Below the pieces are notes generated by a model that ran no database searches, was not told the origin of the DNA, and worked only from the letters and a program-made list of their open reading frames with translations. This document shows positions 16,122 through 29,351 of a stretch of DNA of 64,000 bases, in pieces; position 1 is the stretch's first letter; each line of letters starts with the position of its first letter. This DNA comes from the human T2T-CHM13v2.0 reference genome, Homo sapiens: assembly GCF_009914755.1 (NCBI RefSeq), contig NC_060937.1; one strand, 5' to 3'. The position numbers were made by a program, and so were the translations under genes.

Positions 16122-17579
16122 AATGCTGTATATTTTCTTTTTGATGGCTTTGTGATGTAAACAGAAAATATTACAAGAAATTTAGTACTTCAAATGAGAG
16201 CATTTGATATAATTTCAGGCAATAAATATTTGATTATATTACATGAAGTTTACTCATTATTCTCTTTAGACATTATAACTAGTTTATGAGCACTAATTAT
16301 TATGCTTTCTTTATGATTTTATATTGATTCTGCACTTTTCTCAAGTGTTAAAGTTTTATTTTTACAGACTGGTGATTATTCATTTGTCACACCATTGTAT
16401 TTGAAATACCATATCAGATAAATATCTCAGAACCTAATTGGAGAGGCCTGGGTTTTCATTCCTCAAACTAAAGTGATTTTAATTTAAAAACACTTGTGTA
16501 TATACACAGCAAAACATTAAAATATATTCTGAATTAAAATTTTTAAATATTAATAGCGCGTTGGAATGATACCACATTTTGATTAGGATGCCTACGTGGA
16601 CACATTATATATCCTGAGCAGAATGCTAGATGATCTGAGTGATATTTGACTAGTCTCTAGGTGACTTTCTGCACTGGGAGGACCACCTGTTTCACTTCAC
16701 TAGCAGTTTCCATAGTCGAGAATCCTGCCTAGATTTAACATGGCAGTTGAGACAACTTGCCAGGGTGCTCCACTACATATCAGCTAATTGGAACCACTGA
16801 TGAGCTGAGTGACTTTTTAATACCAACTGCCAGCACACCACCCAGTGTGATTGCAGATGGCTTTTAAAGAGTTAGCCACTACAGAACTAGCATTTCTTGA
16901 TTCTTATATGTCAATAATGTAAGTACAAGGTGGATTTAAATTTTTGAATTGCAGTCTAGCCAGCATCCTCCAACATAGCTGGAAACTTGATCTCTTGTTT
17001 TCAGGTGATGATATGCTATGATTATAGCCAAAATTGCTGTACAAAACAGCAGATTTGTCTTGAAAACCTTATTACTTTCTCTTTTGCTAATAAGACTCAT
17101 GTCCTCACTAAAGCCAAAAGAGTTTTGTAATTTTCTCTATCATCCCAGTCAAGTCATGTTTTTTAATTGCACAGATACAACTCTTAAACCTTAAAATTAT
17201 ATAATGTTCAGGTTATGAGAAGCACAGCTCTCATGATGAGAAAGAAATTCTTCACAAATAATTTTTATAGATGCTTGGTACTTTCTTTACCTACTGTGCA
17301 CATTTAGGTATATATATTTAAAATTAAAACTAGCTAGCCCAACCTGACTTAGATAGATTTCTTTAATCTCACAGAATACATGTTTTAAACTATTTTCATT
17401 TTAAAATAACTATTTGGTGTCTCCAACCCTGGTAATCTTTCATTGATAACAATCTATTAATATTGTCTTTAAGAAGGTAGTTATGTATGTGTTTTAACTC
17501 TAAATCATTTTTGGGAAATTATTTTTCCACTCAATTTTACCACAGGTTGAGTCATTCATTGTAAGTAAATCAAAGCAAT

Positions 17580-17958
17580 CTCTTTTCTCATAATAGTGAT
17601 GGTTGGATAGAGAATGAAGAAGTCTAACTATTTTAAGTCAGTAAAATCTAAGGAGAGGTCTCTAGTGGACTTCTGGGGCAAACCTTTTCTTGTTCTTAGG
17701 AGAGTCACAGGAGTCAGTACCTCCTTTCTACTGCGAGTAAATAAAATGCATAATTTCTAAGGGCAGCCCTCTTATAGCTACAAGGCAGAAAAGATTTAGG
17801 ATAAGACCAATATTGTGGGTAACCAAGCAGTGAGGCAAAAACAAATTTAATTCTTGAGGATATGATTGACTTAGAGATCACTACATCACTCTACCACAAA
17901 TATAAAACGTATTTCTTCAAGGCTTAAACCAGTTTAAATTACATAGTCTGTAGCTTGC
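17580..17958 (+). mobile_element. Ancient MLT1 (J/K-like) LTR fragment
   Basis: Weak resemblance (ggacttctggggcaaaccttttcttgttctta; gcttaaaccagtttaaatt...tctgtagcttgc). Confidence 0.45.
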
Positions 17959-18884
17959 GTTTTTCTGTATTACTCGGATTTAATAATGCTTTTGCGATCC
18001 TCCCTGTTACTGCATTTATGAATACTACATTCATTTTTACTATCATGTATTATTTCACTATATGAAATGCCACAATTTGTTAATTTTTCTATTTATGGGA
18101 ATTTGGGTTATTCCTAGATTGTGATTAATAAAGCTGTTCTGACATTTCTATAAAAATTTTACTTTATTTATAATTTTATTTCTATTGAAAATTTGAGACC
18201 ATAGGGTAACTTTACACTTAACTTCATAAGAAGCTGACAAATGATTTTCCAAAATGAATGTACTATTGATAGACTCTTTCAATGTAGTAGAGTTCTGGTT
18301 GTGCCACAGGCTCATCAACATTCTCCACTGTCAGTTTTTTCTAAATTTTAGCTGTTTCAGTGGATGTGAAATTGTAACTCATTTCATTTGCATTTCCCTA
18401 ACGACTAATGATGTTGAATATCAGTGTACATGGGCTTATCAGCCATTTTATATTTTTGTTTTTGAAATGTTAGTTGCTTGCTTATTTAATGGGATAAATA
18501 TGGGTTTTATTGATTTATGGAAGTTTTATACGATTGTGATCTGAATCCTTTCCCAACTACATTTGTGAAGAATATTATTTCTGAGATAATGGTTAATCTT
18601 TATATATTCCATTTTTTATGCCTAAATGTAAATTTAATGAAGTCTAATTTACCATTTTTTTCTTTTTTATTTAGTGATTTTCATGAAATTTGTAAGGAAT
18701 CTTTATTTTCCCAAAGGTGTCAAATCTATACTCTTGCATTTACCTTTAGAAGTTTCAGAGGTTTTGCTTTTGTATTTAGGTATGCGTTTCAGCTCAAATT
18801 AATTTTTTTCAAGGCCTAAGATAGTAGTCAAACTTCATTTTTGTATTAATTAATATGTCATTTGAGCATCATTATGTTAAAATC

Positions 18885-19372
18885 TTTTTTTTTTTTTTTT
18901 ATTATACTTTAAGTTTTAGGGAACATGTGCACATTGTGCAGGTTAGTTACATATGTATACATGTGCCATGCTGGTGCGCTGCACCCACTAACGTGTCATC
19001 TAGCATTAGGTATATCTCCCAATGCTATCCCTCTCCCCTCCCCCGACCCCACCACAGTCCCCAGAGTGTGATATTCCCCTTCCTGTGTCCATGTGATCTC
19101 ATTGTTCAATTCCCACCTATGAGTGAGAATATGCGGTGTTTGGTTTTTTGTTCTTGCGATAGTTTACTGAGAATGATGGTTTCCAATTTCATCCATGTCC
19201 CTACAAAGGACATGAACTCATCATTTTTTATGGCTGCATAGTATTCCATGGTGTATATGTGCCACATTTTCTTAATCCAGTCTATCATTGTTGGACATTT
19301 GGGTTGGTTCCAAGTCTTTGCTATTGTGAATAGTGCCGCAATAAACATACGTGTGCATGTGTCTTTATAGCA
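18885..19372 (-). mobile_element. Very young 5'-truncated L1 (L1HS/L1PA2 boundary, ACG/A signature)
   Basis: Near-consensus 3' end; minus strand reads GCTAGATGAC-ACG-TTAGTGGG and AAACTTAAAGTATAAT; pure T16 tail at 18885-18900. Confidence 0.93.
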
Positions 19373-19454
19373 TTTTTCTCCCACTTCCTACCCCCTGTGA
19401 AGTGTCCTGTTACCTATTTCAAAGATCAGCTGACTCTATGTATGGGTCTTTTTT

Positions 19455-19633
<179 letters not shown>

Positions 19634-19691
19634 TAGATTCTGCCTTGTGTTAAATTAACTGGGTTTTTTATTATGAATTTTGTTGCATCAT

Positions 19692-20100
19692 TGCTATGAT
19701 TTAAATGTATTTGCCCCTCCAAAATTCATCTATTGGAACGTAAACCCCAAGCTGAAGGCATGAAGAGATGTTCTTTTAGGAAGCGATTAATTCATAAGGG
19801 CTCAGTCTTCATGAATAAGATTAAATGTCCATACAGAAGAGCCTTCAGACAGCTGCCTGGCGCTTTTGCCTTTCTTCTCCTTCTCTAGTGTGAGGACAAA
19901 TCTTCCCTCCTTTCTGCCGTGTGAGGATGCAGCAGGAGACACCAACCTGGAAGCAAAGAGCCATCCTCACCGGACACTGAATCTGCTGGTACCTTTATCT
20001 TGGACTTTCTACACTCCAGAGCTGTGAGAACATAAATTCCATTTTTAAAACAAATCAACTAGTTTCAGGTACTTTGTTAAAACACAAATGGACCGAAATA
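19692..20100 (+). mobile_element. MaLR solo LTR (MSTC/MSTD/MLT1A-like)
   Basis: tgctatgatttaaatgtatttgcccctccaaaattcat...cttggactttctacactccagagctgtgagaa...caaatggaccgaaata. Confidence 0.8.
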
Positions 20101-22911
20101 GATGTCACACTCTCATAAGCATTGTAGTTCAAAGTCTTGAAATCAGACTGTGTGACCAGTGAAGCATTCTTTTTAAAGTTAATCGTGTCACTTTAAATCA
20201 TTAGCAATTCTATTCACATTTAAAATTTATCTTGTCGATTTAAACAAAATCGACAAATTCACATTTTTAGATCAATTTGTAATAACATGAAATCTAAAAA
20301 TATTGAGGCTTGCCATGCAGGACAGTATATTTCAGAACATATTTAGTTCTTCTTTAAACACTATTTTCAATTATTGGACAACAAGCAGCATAGGACCTAT
20401 CCTATCATGTGTGGCTTATATTTCTCTCTCTCTCTCTGTGTGTGTTTGTATGTATGTATGTATGTATATATAATTTTAATAGTTGATTGTGGTAATATGA
20501 ATATTCCAATAACAATATTTTAGTTCTTGGTTCTAATGATTTTTCAATAGAGAAACACAATTAGGCCTGATCCCAAAGAAAAGAGATCCTAACAAATTAC
20601 TGGATGGGAAATTAATCATTGAGGCAGAATGACTCCAGTATTCTCAACAACAAAACTGAAAATTGAAAGAAAATGAATACATCTTAACAAGTCTTTCTGA
20701 GGGTATTATTTCTGGGGTATAATTCGACAGCATGCAAAATTATGTATGTGGATTTAAGATGAACATTTCAGGAATATGCGAGATCTCAAATTTGTCTTTC
20801 ATAGTATATTTCTCAGGAATTGTGTGGAAGATGTGTCCCCCTGAAGCAAATAATTAAAGTTAGACAGAAAATAACATGAGCTCCAGAAAGAATATATTGA
20901 TGGGATCATTAAATAAATACATGTTCTTCTAAAAATATTAACAATAATTTATAAATTTTTAAAATAATTATTAATATTTTGGAGTATTCAGCCTTATTTT
21001 ACATTGTCCAAAGTTTACATAAATAGCTTATACATGCACTGGTGATTCTTAAACTAGTTGTAATTTATATTCACATACTTTTATGTTAGGTATGATTCAA
21101 TTTTCTTTAAAATTCTCTCCGGAATATTACAATCATTTGGACATAATGTGCATTAGTAATCTTCAACCTATCTAGTTTGATTTCATATTATATTTATTAA
21201 ATTAATGTACTCACCTTTTCTTACAAAACTAGCATCCTTTTGTCATCGTATTGCCATAGCAACCTATAACTAGTATATAATTTTTTTTTGCTTCATATGT
21301 GCTAAATTTTAGCATAGCTGTTTCTCTATAGTTATATTAATCACAGACATGGCATCAGAAAATGATTCTTCTTGTCTTTATTTTAGATCATCAAAAAACT
21401 GGCCAGCCTACAGTAATTGAATATCTTGGCCTTAGCTATTTCTCATTTAATTTTGCAAAACTATTATATAGTATTTACACTGATTTGGGGGGTTATTCAT
21501 TTCTCATTCAATGATTGTAATTGTTTCAAGGACATTTAACTGGTAATTTTTCAATAGGAAACATAAAATATTTATATATCTTTAGGTATGTAACTTAAAT
21601 TTTTTTCAAAATAAAAACTCATTCTAAATTATTGCTGTTCAGAATAGAAATTGGTTTTCATAACCCTTTATATATTTATTGTCTGTTCATTTAACTTAGT
21701 TTCGTTCTATTAATATTTTAAAGCAATTTTATTTACCACCATTTAATTATGCTTTCTGTTAGTATATTTTGGGCTACTTAAGTTTGATATAAATGAATAA
21801 AGTTTCTATAAACCTACTGTCTCAAAACATATGCAAAAAATATTCTGTGGAATTAATAACATACTGAGATGGGTAATACATGGTTGCCAGAATTACTCAG
21901 ACACTTAATTGTAATTTATCATTTGTTAGGGTGTTCTTTTGTTCTCTGCAATAGTGTTAAGTCCTGAGAAATAGTTTTATAGAAAAATTCATGATGGATT
22001 TTGTAATAAAGAAAATTTGCTTGAAAAATTACATGCCATCCTGTAAAAATTAGAACAAATGATAATTAGATTTCAAATGGGACAGAATCCACCTGCCAAA
22101 ACAAAAACGTGTTCATTGCTGTATTTTTTCTCAAGTTTTTTATAAGTTTAAACAAGTATAAATCCCACACATACCCTACTACTAAATTTGTTAAAAGAGA
22201 TCATTGATCACATATGTTTATCTCAAAAGCATGAGAAAGTTAGGACCTTTATATTGATAATGTTATAGCCAGTACTGACTATGCATGACACCATATGAAA
22301 TCAAATTCCCATTATTCTCAAATTGCTTTTATGCTTTATAGAGTATTTAGTGTGTTTTTGTAGTTATCTAATTTTCCAAACCTACTGGGTCCCCATTTTT
22401 TAGTAATTGAAAAAAGGCAGGCAAGTTGATAAGAATGAAAAACTCAAAATTTACAGAATTGACGTTATGAATGTATTAACACGTTTGGTTGAAAAAATAA
22501 TTTTAAAAACGTTTTAAATACGTATTTTTAGACTGTATTATATTGTAAAATAATGAGAGGAAGACATGGTAACTGTCCTGGAGGATTATTATAAATTAAA
22601 AAGAGTCACATACCTAAGATGACACATACAATACCTAAAAAATGATATAATAGACATAATGTATGTTGAAGAAGAAGTGCTGAGAAGACAGGACAGAAAG
22701 TTTAAGAGATATGCAAATATGATAAGGGAGATAGCAATGCATTCCAGACTGCAGTGCTGTTTGTTTATAAAATAAAATATGGTGTAGGAGAGTTCCATAA
22801 ACAATGTAGTTTTTAGAGAAGAAATATATACATAAATAGAAATAAAAACATTTAATGTCTGTTAAATAATTGGAAATTGTAGTAATAGAAGACAGTTAGA
22901 CAAAGAAATAG

Positions 22912-23306
<395 letters not shown>

Positions 23307-23329
23307 TGAACTTTTGTATTGGGAAATAT

Positions 23330-24095
23330 AACACAGAAAAAAATTTACACAGAACAAAATTTCATAATACAATTAATTAATCAAAAGTAAACATATATAA
23401 GCATATCCAGGTCTAGTAATTTAATATGTTTTAGTAATTTTCAAGACACTTTCATGCCTTGTCCAATCACTACTCTACCTTTTCTTCAAAATGTGGCTAT
23501 AGTTCTATTTTCTATCAATACAATTTTGTTTGTGCTGGTTTTGAACTTTGTATAAGTGGATTCATACACTAGATGGTCTTGGATATTGTTTGACTACATA
23601 TTTGGGCGATTTAAATATGTTATTACATGTAGAGGCCTTCCATTTATTTTTGTTGCTGTATTTTTTCTCAAATTTGTCAAATATTTAAGCATTAATGAAC
23701 ATTAGTGTGGTTCTGATTTGGCCCTGCTATTTACCTTTTCGTATACATCTCAGTGCAAAAGTGCACACATTATAATTAAATATACATATAAGAATGGAAT
23801 TGTTTTGTTATAGAATTTTTTAATATGTTAAACTTTAATAGCTACTTCCAAATATATTGCCTTTTTTGACCAATTTACATTTCCACCAAGAATAAATGAA
23901 TATCGCTGTCTATCCTTCATGTCACACTTATTAAGTGTTATTTTGGTATTAGCTATATGTGAGGATTTGTAGTAATTTCTTATTTAGTTTTTTTTTCATT
24001 TTCCAGCATCTTAAAAAGATTGTAGATTTTTTCATATATTCATTGCCCTTCTATATTTTCTTTTTGTTGTACTGGTTTTAATGTCTTTCCCAATG
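23330..24095 (-). mobile_element. Ancient L1ME-like fragment, left half (interrupted by HERV-H)
   Basis: gtttttgaactttgtataagtggattcatac; accaatttacatttccaccaag. Confidence 0.6.
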
Positions 24096-24100
24096 TTTTC

Positions 24101-24511
24101 TTTCATGCGCGTCCAAGTGAAGAGACCACCAAGCAGGCTTTTTGTGAGCAATAAAGCTTTTAATCACCTGGGTGCAGGCAGGCTGAGTCCCAAAAGAGAG
24201 TCAGCGAAGGGAGATAGGGGTGGGGCCATTTTATAGGATTTGGGTAGATAAAGGAAAATTACAGTCAAAGGGGGGTTATTCTCTGGCGGGCAGAGTGGGG
24301 GTCACAAGGTCCTCAGTAGGGGAGCTTTTGAGCCAGGATGAGCCAGGAGAAGGAATTTCACAAGACAATGTCATCAGTTAAGGCAGGAACAGGCCATTTT
24401 CACTTCTTTTGTGGTGGAATGTCATCAGTTAAGGCAGGAACCGGCCATCTGGATGTGTATGTGCAGATCACAGGGGATATGATGGCACAGCTTGGGCTCA
24501 GAGGCCTGACA
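24101..24511 (-). mobile_element. LTR7 (3' LTR of HERV-H)
   Basis: Minus strand TGTCAGGCCTCTGAGCCCAAGC...GGACGCGCATGAAA, preceded by polypurine tract AAGAAGACAGGAA (24512-24524). Confidence 0.96.
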
Positions 24512-24671
24512 TTCCTGTCTTCTTATATTAATAAGAAAAATAAAACAAAATAGTGGTAAAGTGTTGGGATGGTGAAAATTTTTGGGGGTGGTATGTAGAG
24601 ATAAGGGGCGATGTTTCTCAGGGCTGCTTCGAGTGGGATTGTGGCGGCATGGGAACCTAGAGTGGGAGAGA

Positions 24672-24854
24672 TTAAGCTGAAGGAAGATTTTGTGGTAAGG
24701 GGCGATATTGTGGGGTTGTTAGAAGAAACATTTGTTGTGTAGAATTATTGGTGATGGCCTGGATACGGTTTTGTATGAATTGAAAAACTAAGTGGAATAA
24801 GAGAAGGAGAAAAACAGGTATAAAAGGTCTCAGAATTGGGAGGACCCAGGACAT
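24672..24854 (-). pseudogene. env: HERV-H env transmembrane C-terminal remnant
   Basis: Hydrophobic MSWVLPILRPFIPVFLLLLF...FIQNRIQAITN just upstream of the 3' LTR; most of env is deleted. Confidence 0.7.
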
Positions 24855-25099
24855 CTGATTAGAGAGTGCCTAAGGAGATTCAGCATAGTCCTGCCAGCAA
24901 AGATTATTTATTTACCTGAAGAGTTAAGAGTGGCAGTTTGGGGATAGCACCAGGAGATATTAGCTGTGATGGCTTGGAGAAACAGTGTAAACCGGCAGTG
25001 TAAACAAGAGAAGAGCACGTATGAGTAGTTGAGAATGGTGAATAGGAGTATGACTAAACAGAAGATAGTAGGAATGACAAGTTTTTTGGGGCACAGTCT

Positions 25100-26850
25100 A
25101 AGTTGGTGTGGTGTCTGGAATGAGACTGGGGCCTAATAAAAAGGAGCGTCTATATGGGAGCTCAAACGGGCTGTACCCTGTAGCATTCTGGGGACAGGTC
25201 TGACTTCTGAGAAGGGAAAGTGGTAAAAGTATTGTCCAGTCCTTTTTAAGTTGGTGGCTGAGCTTGGTGAGGTGTGTTTTTAAAAGACCTTTAGTCCGTT
25301 CTACTTTTCCTGAAGACAGAGGACCGTAAGGGATATAAAGGTTTCACTGAATACTAAGAGCCTGAAAAACTGCTTGGCTGATTTGACTAATAAAGGCTGA
25401 TCTGTTATCAGACTGTATAGAGGTGGGAAGGCTAAACTGAGGAATTATGTCTGACAGAAGGGAAAAAATGACTGTGGTGGCCTTCTCAGACCCTGTAGGA
25501 AAGGCCTCTACCTATCCAGTAAAAGTGTCTACCTAGATTAATAGGTATTTTAGTTATCTGACTTGGGGCACGTTGAGTAAAGCTAATTTGCCAGTCCTGG
25601 GTGGGAGCAAATCCTGGAGCTTGATGTGTAGGGAAGGGAGGGGGGCCTGAATAATCCCTGAGGAGTAGTAGAATAGCAGATGGAACACTGAGAAGTTATT
25701 TCCTTGAGGATAGATTTCCACGATGGAAAGGAAATGAGAGGTTCTAAGAGGCAGGCTAGTGGCTTGTACTACAGCATAGCCTGCCTTTGCTGGTGTGTGG
25801 CGATTAGGCCTGGTGGAACCGCCATCAATAAATCAAGTGTGATCAGGGTGAGGAACAGGAAAGAAGGAAATATGGGGAAATGGGGTGAATGTCAGGTGGA
25901 TCAGAGAGATACAGTCATGGGGGTCAGGTGTGGTATCAGGAATAATGTGGGAGGCCAGATTGAAATCCTGGCCAGGAACAATGGTAATTGTGGGACTTAA
26001 CAAAGAGTGAGTACAGCTGAAGGAGCTGGGGAGCAGAAAGTATATGCATCAGGTATGAGGAAGAAAATAGATTTTGGAAGTTATGAGAAATGTAGAGAGT
26101 GAGTTGAGCATATTTGTGATTTTGAGGGCCTCTGAAAGTATTAAAGCAGTGGCAGCCGCTGCATGCAGACATGAGGGCTAGGCTAAAACAGTAAGGTCAA
26201 GTTGTTTGGACAGAAAGGCTACAGGGTGCCGTCCTGGCTCTTGTGTAAGAATTCTGACCGCACTAACCATGCCTAGGAAGGAAAGGAGTTGTTATTTTGT
26301 AAGGGCTTGAGGTTTGGGAGATTAATCGGACATGATCAGCAGGGAGAGCACGTGTGTTTTTATGAGAATTATGCCGAGATAGGTAACAGATGAGGATGAA
26401 ATTTGGGCTTGACTGAAGTAATGGGGGCTGTCTGTGAAGCCTTGAGGCAGTACAGCCCAGGTAATTTGCTGAGCCTAATGAGCGTCAGGGTCAGTCTAAG
26501 TGAAAGTGAAGAGAGGCTGGGATGAAGGGTGCAAAGGAATAGTAAAGAAAGCATGTTTGAGATCCAGAACAGAATAATGGGTTATAGAGGCAGGTATTGA
26601 GGATAGGAGAGTATATGGGTTTGGCACCACGAGGTGGATAGGCAAAACAATTTGGTCGATAAGGCGCAGATGCTGAACTAACCTGTAAGCCTTGTCTGGT
26701 TTTAGGACAGGTAAAATGGGGGAATGGTAAGGAGAATTTATAGGCTTTAAAAGGCCATGCTGTAACAGGCGAGTGATAACAGGCTTCAATCCTTTCAAAG
26801 TGTGCTGTGGGATGGGATATTGGCATTGAGCAGGGTAAGAGTGATTAGGT
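25100..26850 (-). pseudogene. pol: HERV-H pol remnant (reverse transcriptase N-terminus, integrase pieces), disrupted
   Basis: ORF 26496-26798: SPYHSPILPVLKPDKAYRLVQHLR...LDLKHAFFTIPLHPSSQPLFTFT*. These are RT motifs LVQDLR and DLKDAFF with D>H changes, then a stop. Confidence 0.88.
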
Positions 26851-27018
26851 TTTAATGGGATGATAAGGGGTGCATGATCAGTTGCTAAGGAGGGAGTAGA
26901 GGTGTCTTATACTTGTGGGTTAAGGTGGGGAGATACAAGGGGAGGATGTGAAGGAGGCCTTAAACTGGGGGAAAAGGTGGCAATGAGGAGTGGCTACAGT
27001 CTCACCTGATGGGAATAG

Positions 27019-27270
27019 TCAGGGAAGCAGATAATTTAAAGTGTCTTGGCCTAATAAGGGAACTGGGCAGGTGGAGATAACTAAAAAGGAGTGCCTAAAA
27101 GAGTATTGTCTAAGTTGGCACCAGAGTTGGGGAGTTTTAAGAGGTTTAGAAGCCTGGCCGTCAATACCCACAACAGTTACGGAAGCAAGGGAAACAGGCC
27201 TTTGAAAAGAAGGTAATGTGGAGTGGGTAGCCTCTGTATTGATTAAGAAGGGGACGGATTTACCTTCCAC
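27019..27270 (-). pseudogene. pro: HERV-H protease remnant, catalytically dead
   Basis: VPFLINTEATHSTL in place of FLIDTGATHS; VVGIDG flap. Confidence 0.85.
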
Positions 27271-27379
27271 TGTGAGAGTTACTCAAAACTGTGTGTCTGT
27301 GATGGTCTAGGGGGCTTCCGAGGCGATCGGGCAGTGTCAGTCTTCAGCCGCTAAGCCGAGAAGATCTGGGAAGGAGTCA

Positions 27380-28500
27380 GTCAGAGAGCCTTGGGCCAGA
27401 GTTCCAGGGGCTCTGGGAGTGGCTGCCAGGTGAGTTGAACAGTCTGATTTTCAGTGGGGTCCCACACAGATGGGATATGGCTTAGGAGGAATCCTGGGCT
27501 GTGGGCATTCCTTGGCCCAGTGGCCAGATTTCTGGCACTTGTAGCAAGCTCCTGGGGGAGGAGGTTCTGGAGGAACCCCAGGTAGCTGCGGTTCAGGCGT
27601 TTGGAGTTGTTATGTGCTGGAGATGTGGCTGGGGTTTGTCTCACAGTGGAGGCAAGGAATTGCAACTCAGAAATACATTGCTACTTGGCTGCCTCTACTC
27701 TATTATTGTACACCTTGAAGGCGAGGTTAATTAAGTCCTGTTGTGGGGTTTGAGGGCCGGAATTTAATTTTTGGAGTTTTATTTAATGTCAGGAGTGGAT
27801 TGGGTAATAAAATGTATATTGAGAATAAGATGGCCTTTTGACCTTTTAGGGTCTAGGGCTGTAAAGCGTGTCAGGGTTGCTGCCGAAGGAGCCATGAACT
27901 GGGCTGGGTTTTTCACATTTGATGAAAGAGCCTAAACGCTCCCTGATTTGGGAGAGGTGAGATAAAGAAAAAGGAGCATTAACCTTGACTATGCCTTTAG
28001 CTTCAGCCACCTTTTTAAGAGGAAATTGCTGGGCAGGTGGGGGAGGGCTCTCAGGGAATTAAACTGTAAACCAGACCAGGTGTGAGGAGGGGAGGTGATA
28101 AAAAGATTATAGGGTGGAGGAGCGGAGGCTGAGGAAGAATTGGGACCTAACTCAGCCTGGTGAGGAGCACCCTGGGGAGGAGCAGCCTGGGGAGGAGGGG
28201 AGAGGTCAGATGGGTCTGTAGAAAAGGAAGATTAGAAAGACTCAGCGATGCTTGGGGTTGAGACTGAGGGGACAGTTGGGAGGGAAAGAAGGAAGATTTG
28301 GGATGAGTTGCACTGGACACAGAGACTAGGGAGGGACCGATGTGTAAAAGAATGCCTGGACGTCAGGCATCTCAGACCATTTGCCCATTTTACGACAAGA
28401 ATTATTTAGATCTTGCAGAATGGAAAAATTGAAAGTGCCATTTTCTGGCTCTTTGGAACCACTGTTGAGTTTGTATTGGGGTCAAGCAGCATTGCAGAAG
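27380..28500 (-). pseudogene. gag: HERV-H gag remnant
   Basis: CCHC zinc knuckle CYKCQKSGHWAKEC encoded at 27546-27505; a second knuckle is broken by a TGA; boundaries approximate. Confidence 0.8.
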
Positions 28501-29199
28501 AAAATAAGGCATTTAGGTTTTAGGTCAGGTGTGAGTTGAAGAGGTTTTAAGTTCTTGAGAGCACAGGCTAAGGGAGATGGAGGAATGGAGGGTGGAAAGT
28601 TGCCCATAGTGAAGGAGGGAAGCCCAGAGAAAAGGAGAGTAGAGACACAGAGGGAAGGGGTTCGGGGGTTCCTACCCTCCAGAAAAGAGGGAAAGGGGTT
28701 GGGGCAAAGAGATAAGAGGTCGGGGCCCAGAAATAAGGGATTGGGTGTTCTTGTCCCCTAGAAAAGCGGGACTTGCCGCTAAGGGTGAAGGAGAAGGGGT
28801 TGAGGGGTTCTTGCCCCTCCTCCAGAAAAGCAGAGAAGGGGTAGAGACACGGAGAGAAGGGGTTGGGGTACTTGCCCCTCCCCCAGAAAAGTGGGACTTG
28901 CCACTAAGGGTGAAGGACCAAGGCAGGCGTCCCTGCATGGTCTGACACCTCTGAAACAGAAGAATAGTCAGAGAGGCATCCGTGCAATGATTAAACACCA
29001 AGGGAAGCCTGCCTTCCCAGTCCGTGACCGGCCCCAGAGTTTTGGGTCCACAGATAAAACATGTCTCCTTTGTCTCTACCAGAAAATGAAAGGAATTGAA
29101 ATGAAGAGAAGGGAGAGATTGAAGTGTGGTGCCAAGATTGAAAGGAGAAAGAGGTTGAGGGATAGTGAGGGAGGTTGGAGAAGAGAGAAAAAAGAGGCC

Positions 29200-29208
29200 G
29201 CTTACCAG
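29200..29208 (-). promoter_or_regulatory. HERV-H major 5' splice donor (CTG|GTAAGC)
   Basis: Intact donor about 145 nt downstream of the 5' LTR, the expected location in the HERV-H leader. Confidence 0.75.
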
Positions 29209-29331
29209 ATTTGAAATTGGTAAGATGTTTCTTGGGCTCGTTGGTCTGAGGACCTGAGGTCGTAGGTGGATCTTTCTCATGGAGCAAAGAGCAGGAGGAC
29301 AGGGGATTGATCTCCCAAGGGAGGGCCCCTG

Positions 29332-29349
29332 ATCCACGTCACGGCACCA
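29332..29349 (-). other. Primer-binding site, tRNA-His
   Basis: TGGTGCCGTGACGTGGAT versus TGGTGCCGTGACTCGGAT (2 mismatches), adjacent to the 5' LTR. Confidence 0.9.
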
Positions 29350-29351
29350 AA

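Noticed and set aside
28620-28930. Direct repeats (gagaaggggtagagacac / gggacttgccgctaagggtgaagga) and the 248-aa ORF 28672-29418
   Set aside because: Ordinary HERV-H leader repeats; the ORF spans LTR, PBS and leader and has no protein motif. Not a CRISPR-like array.
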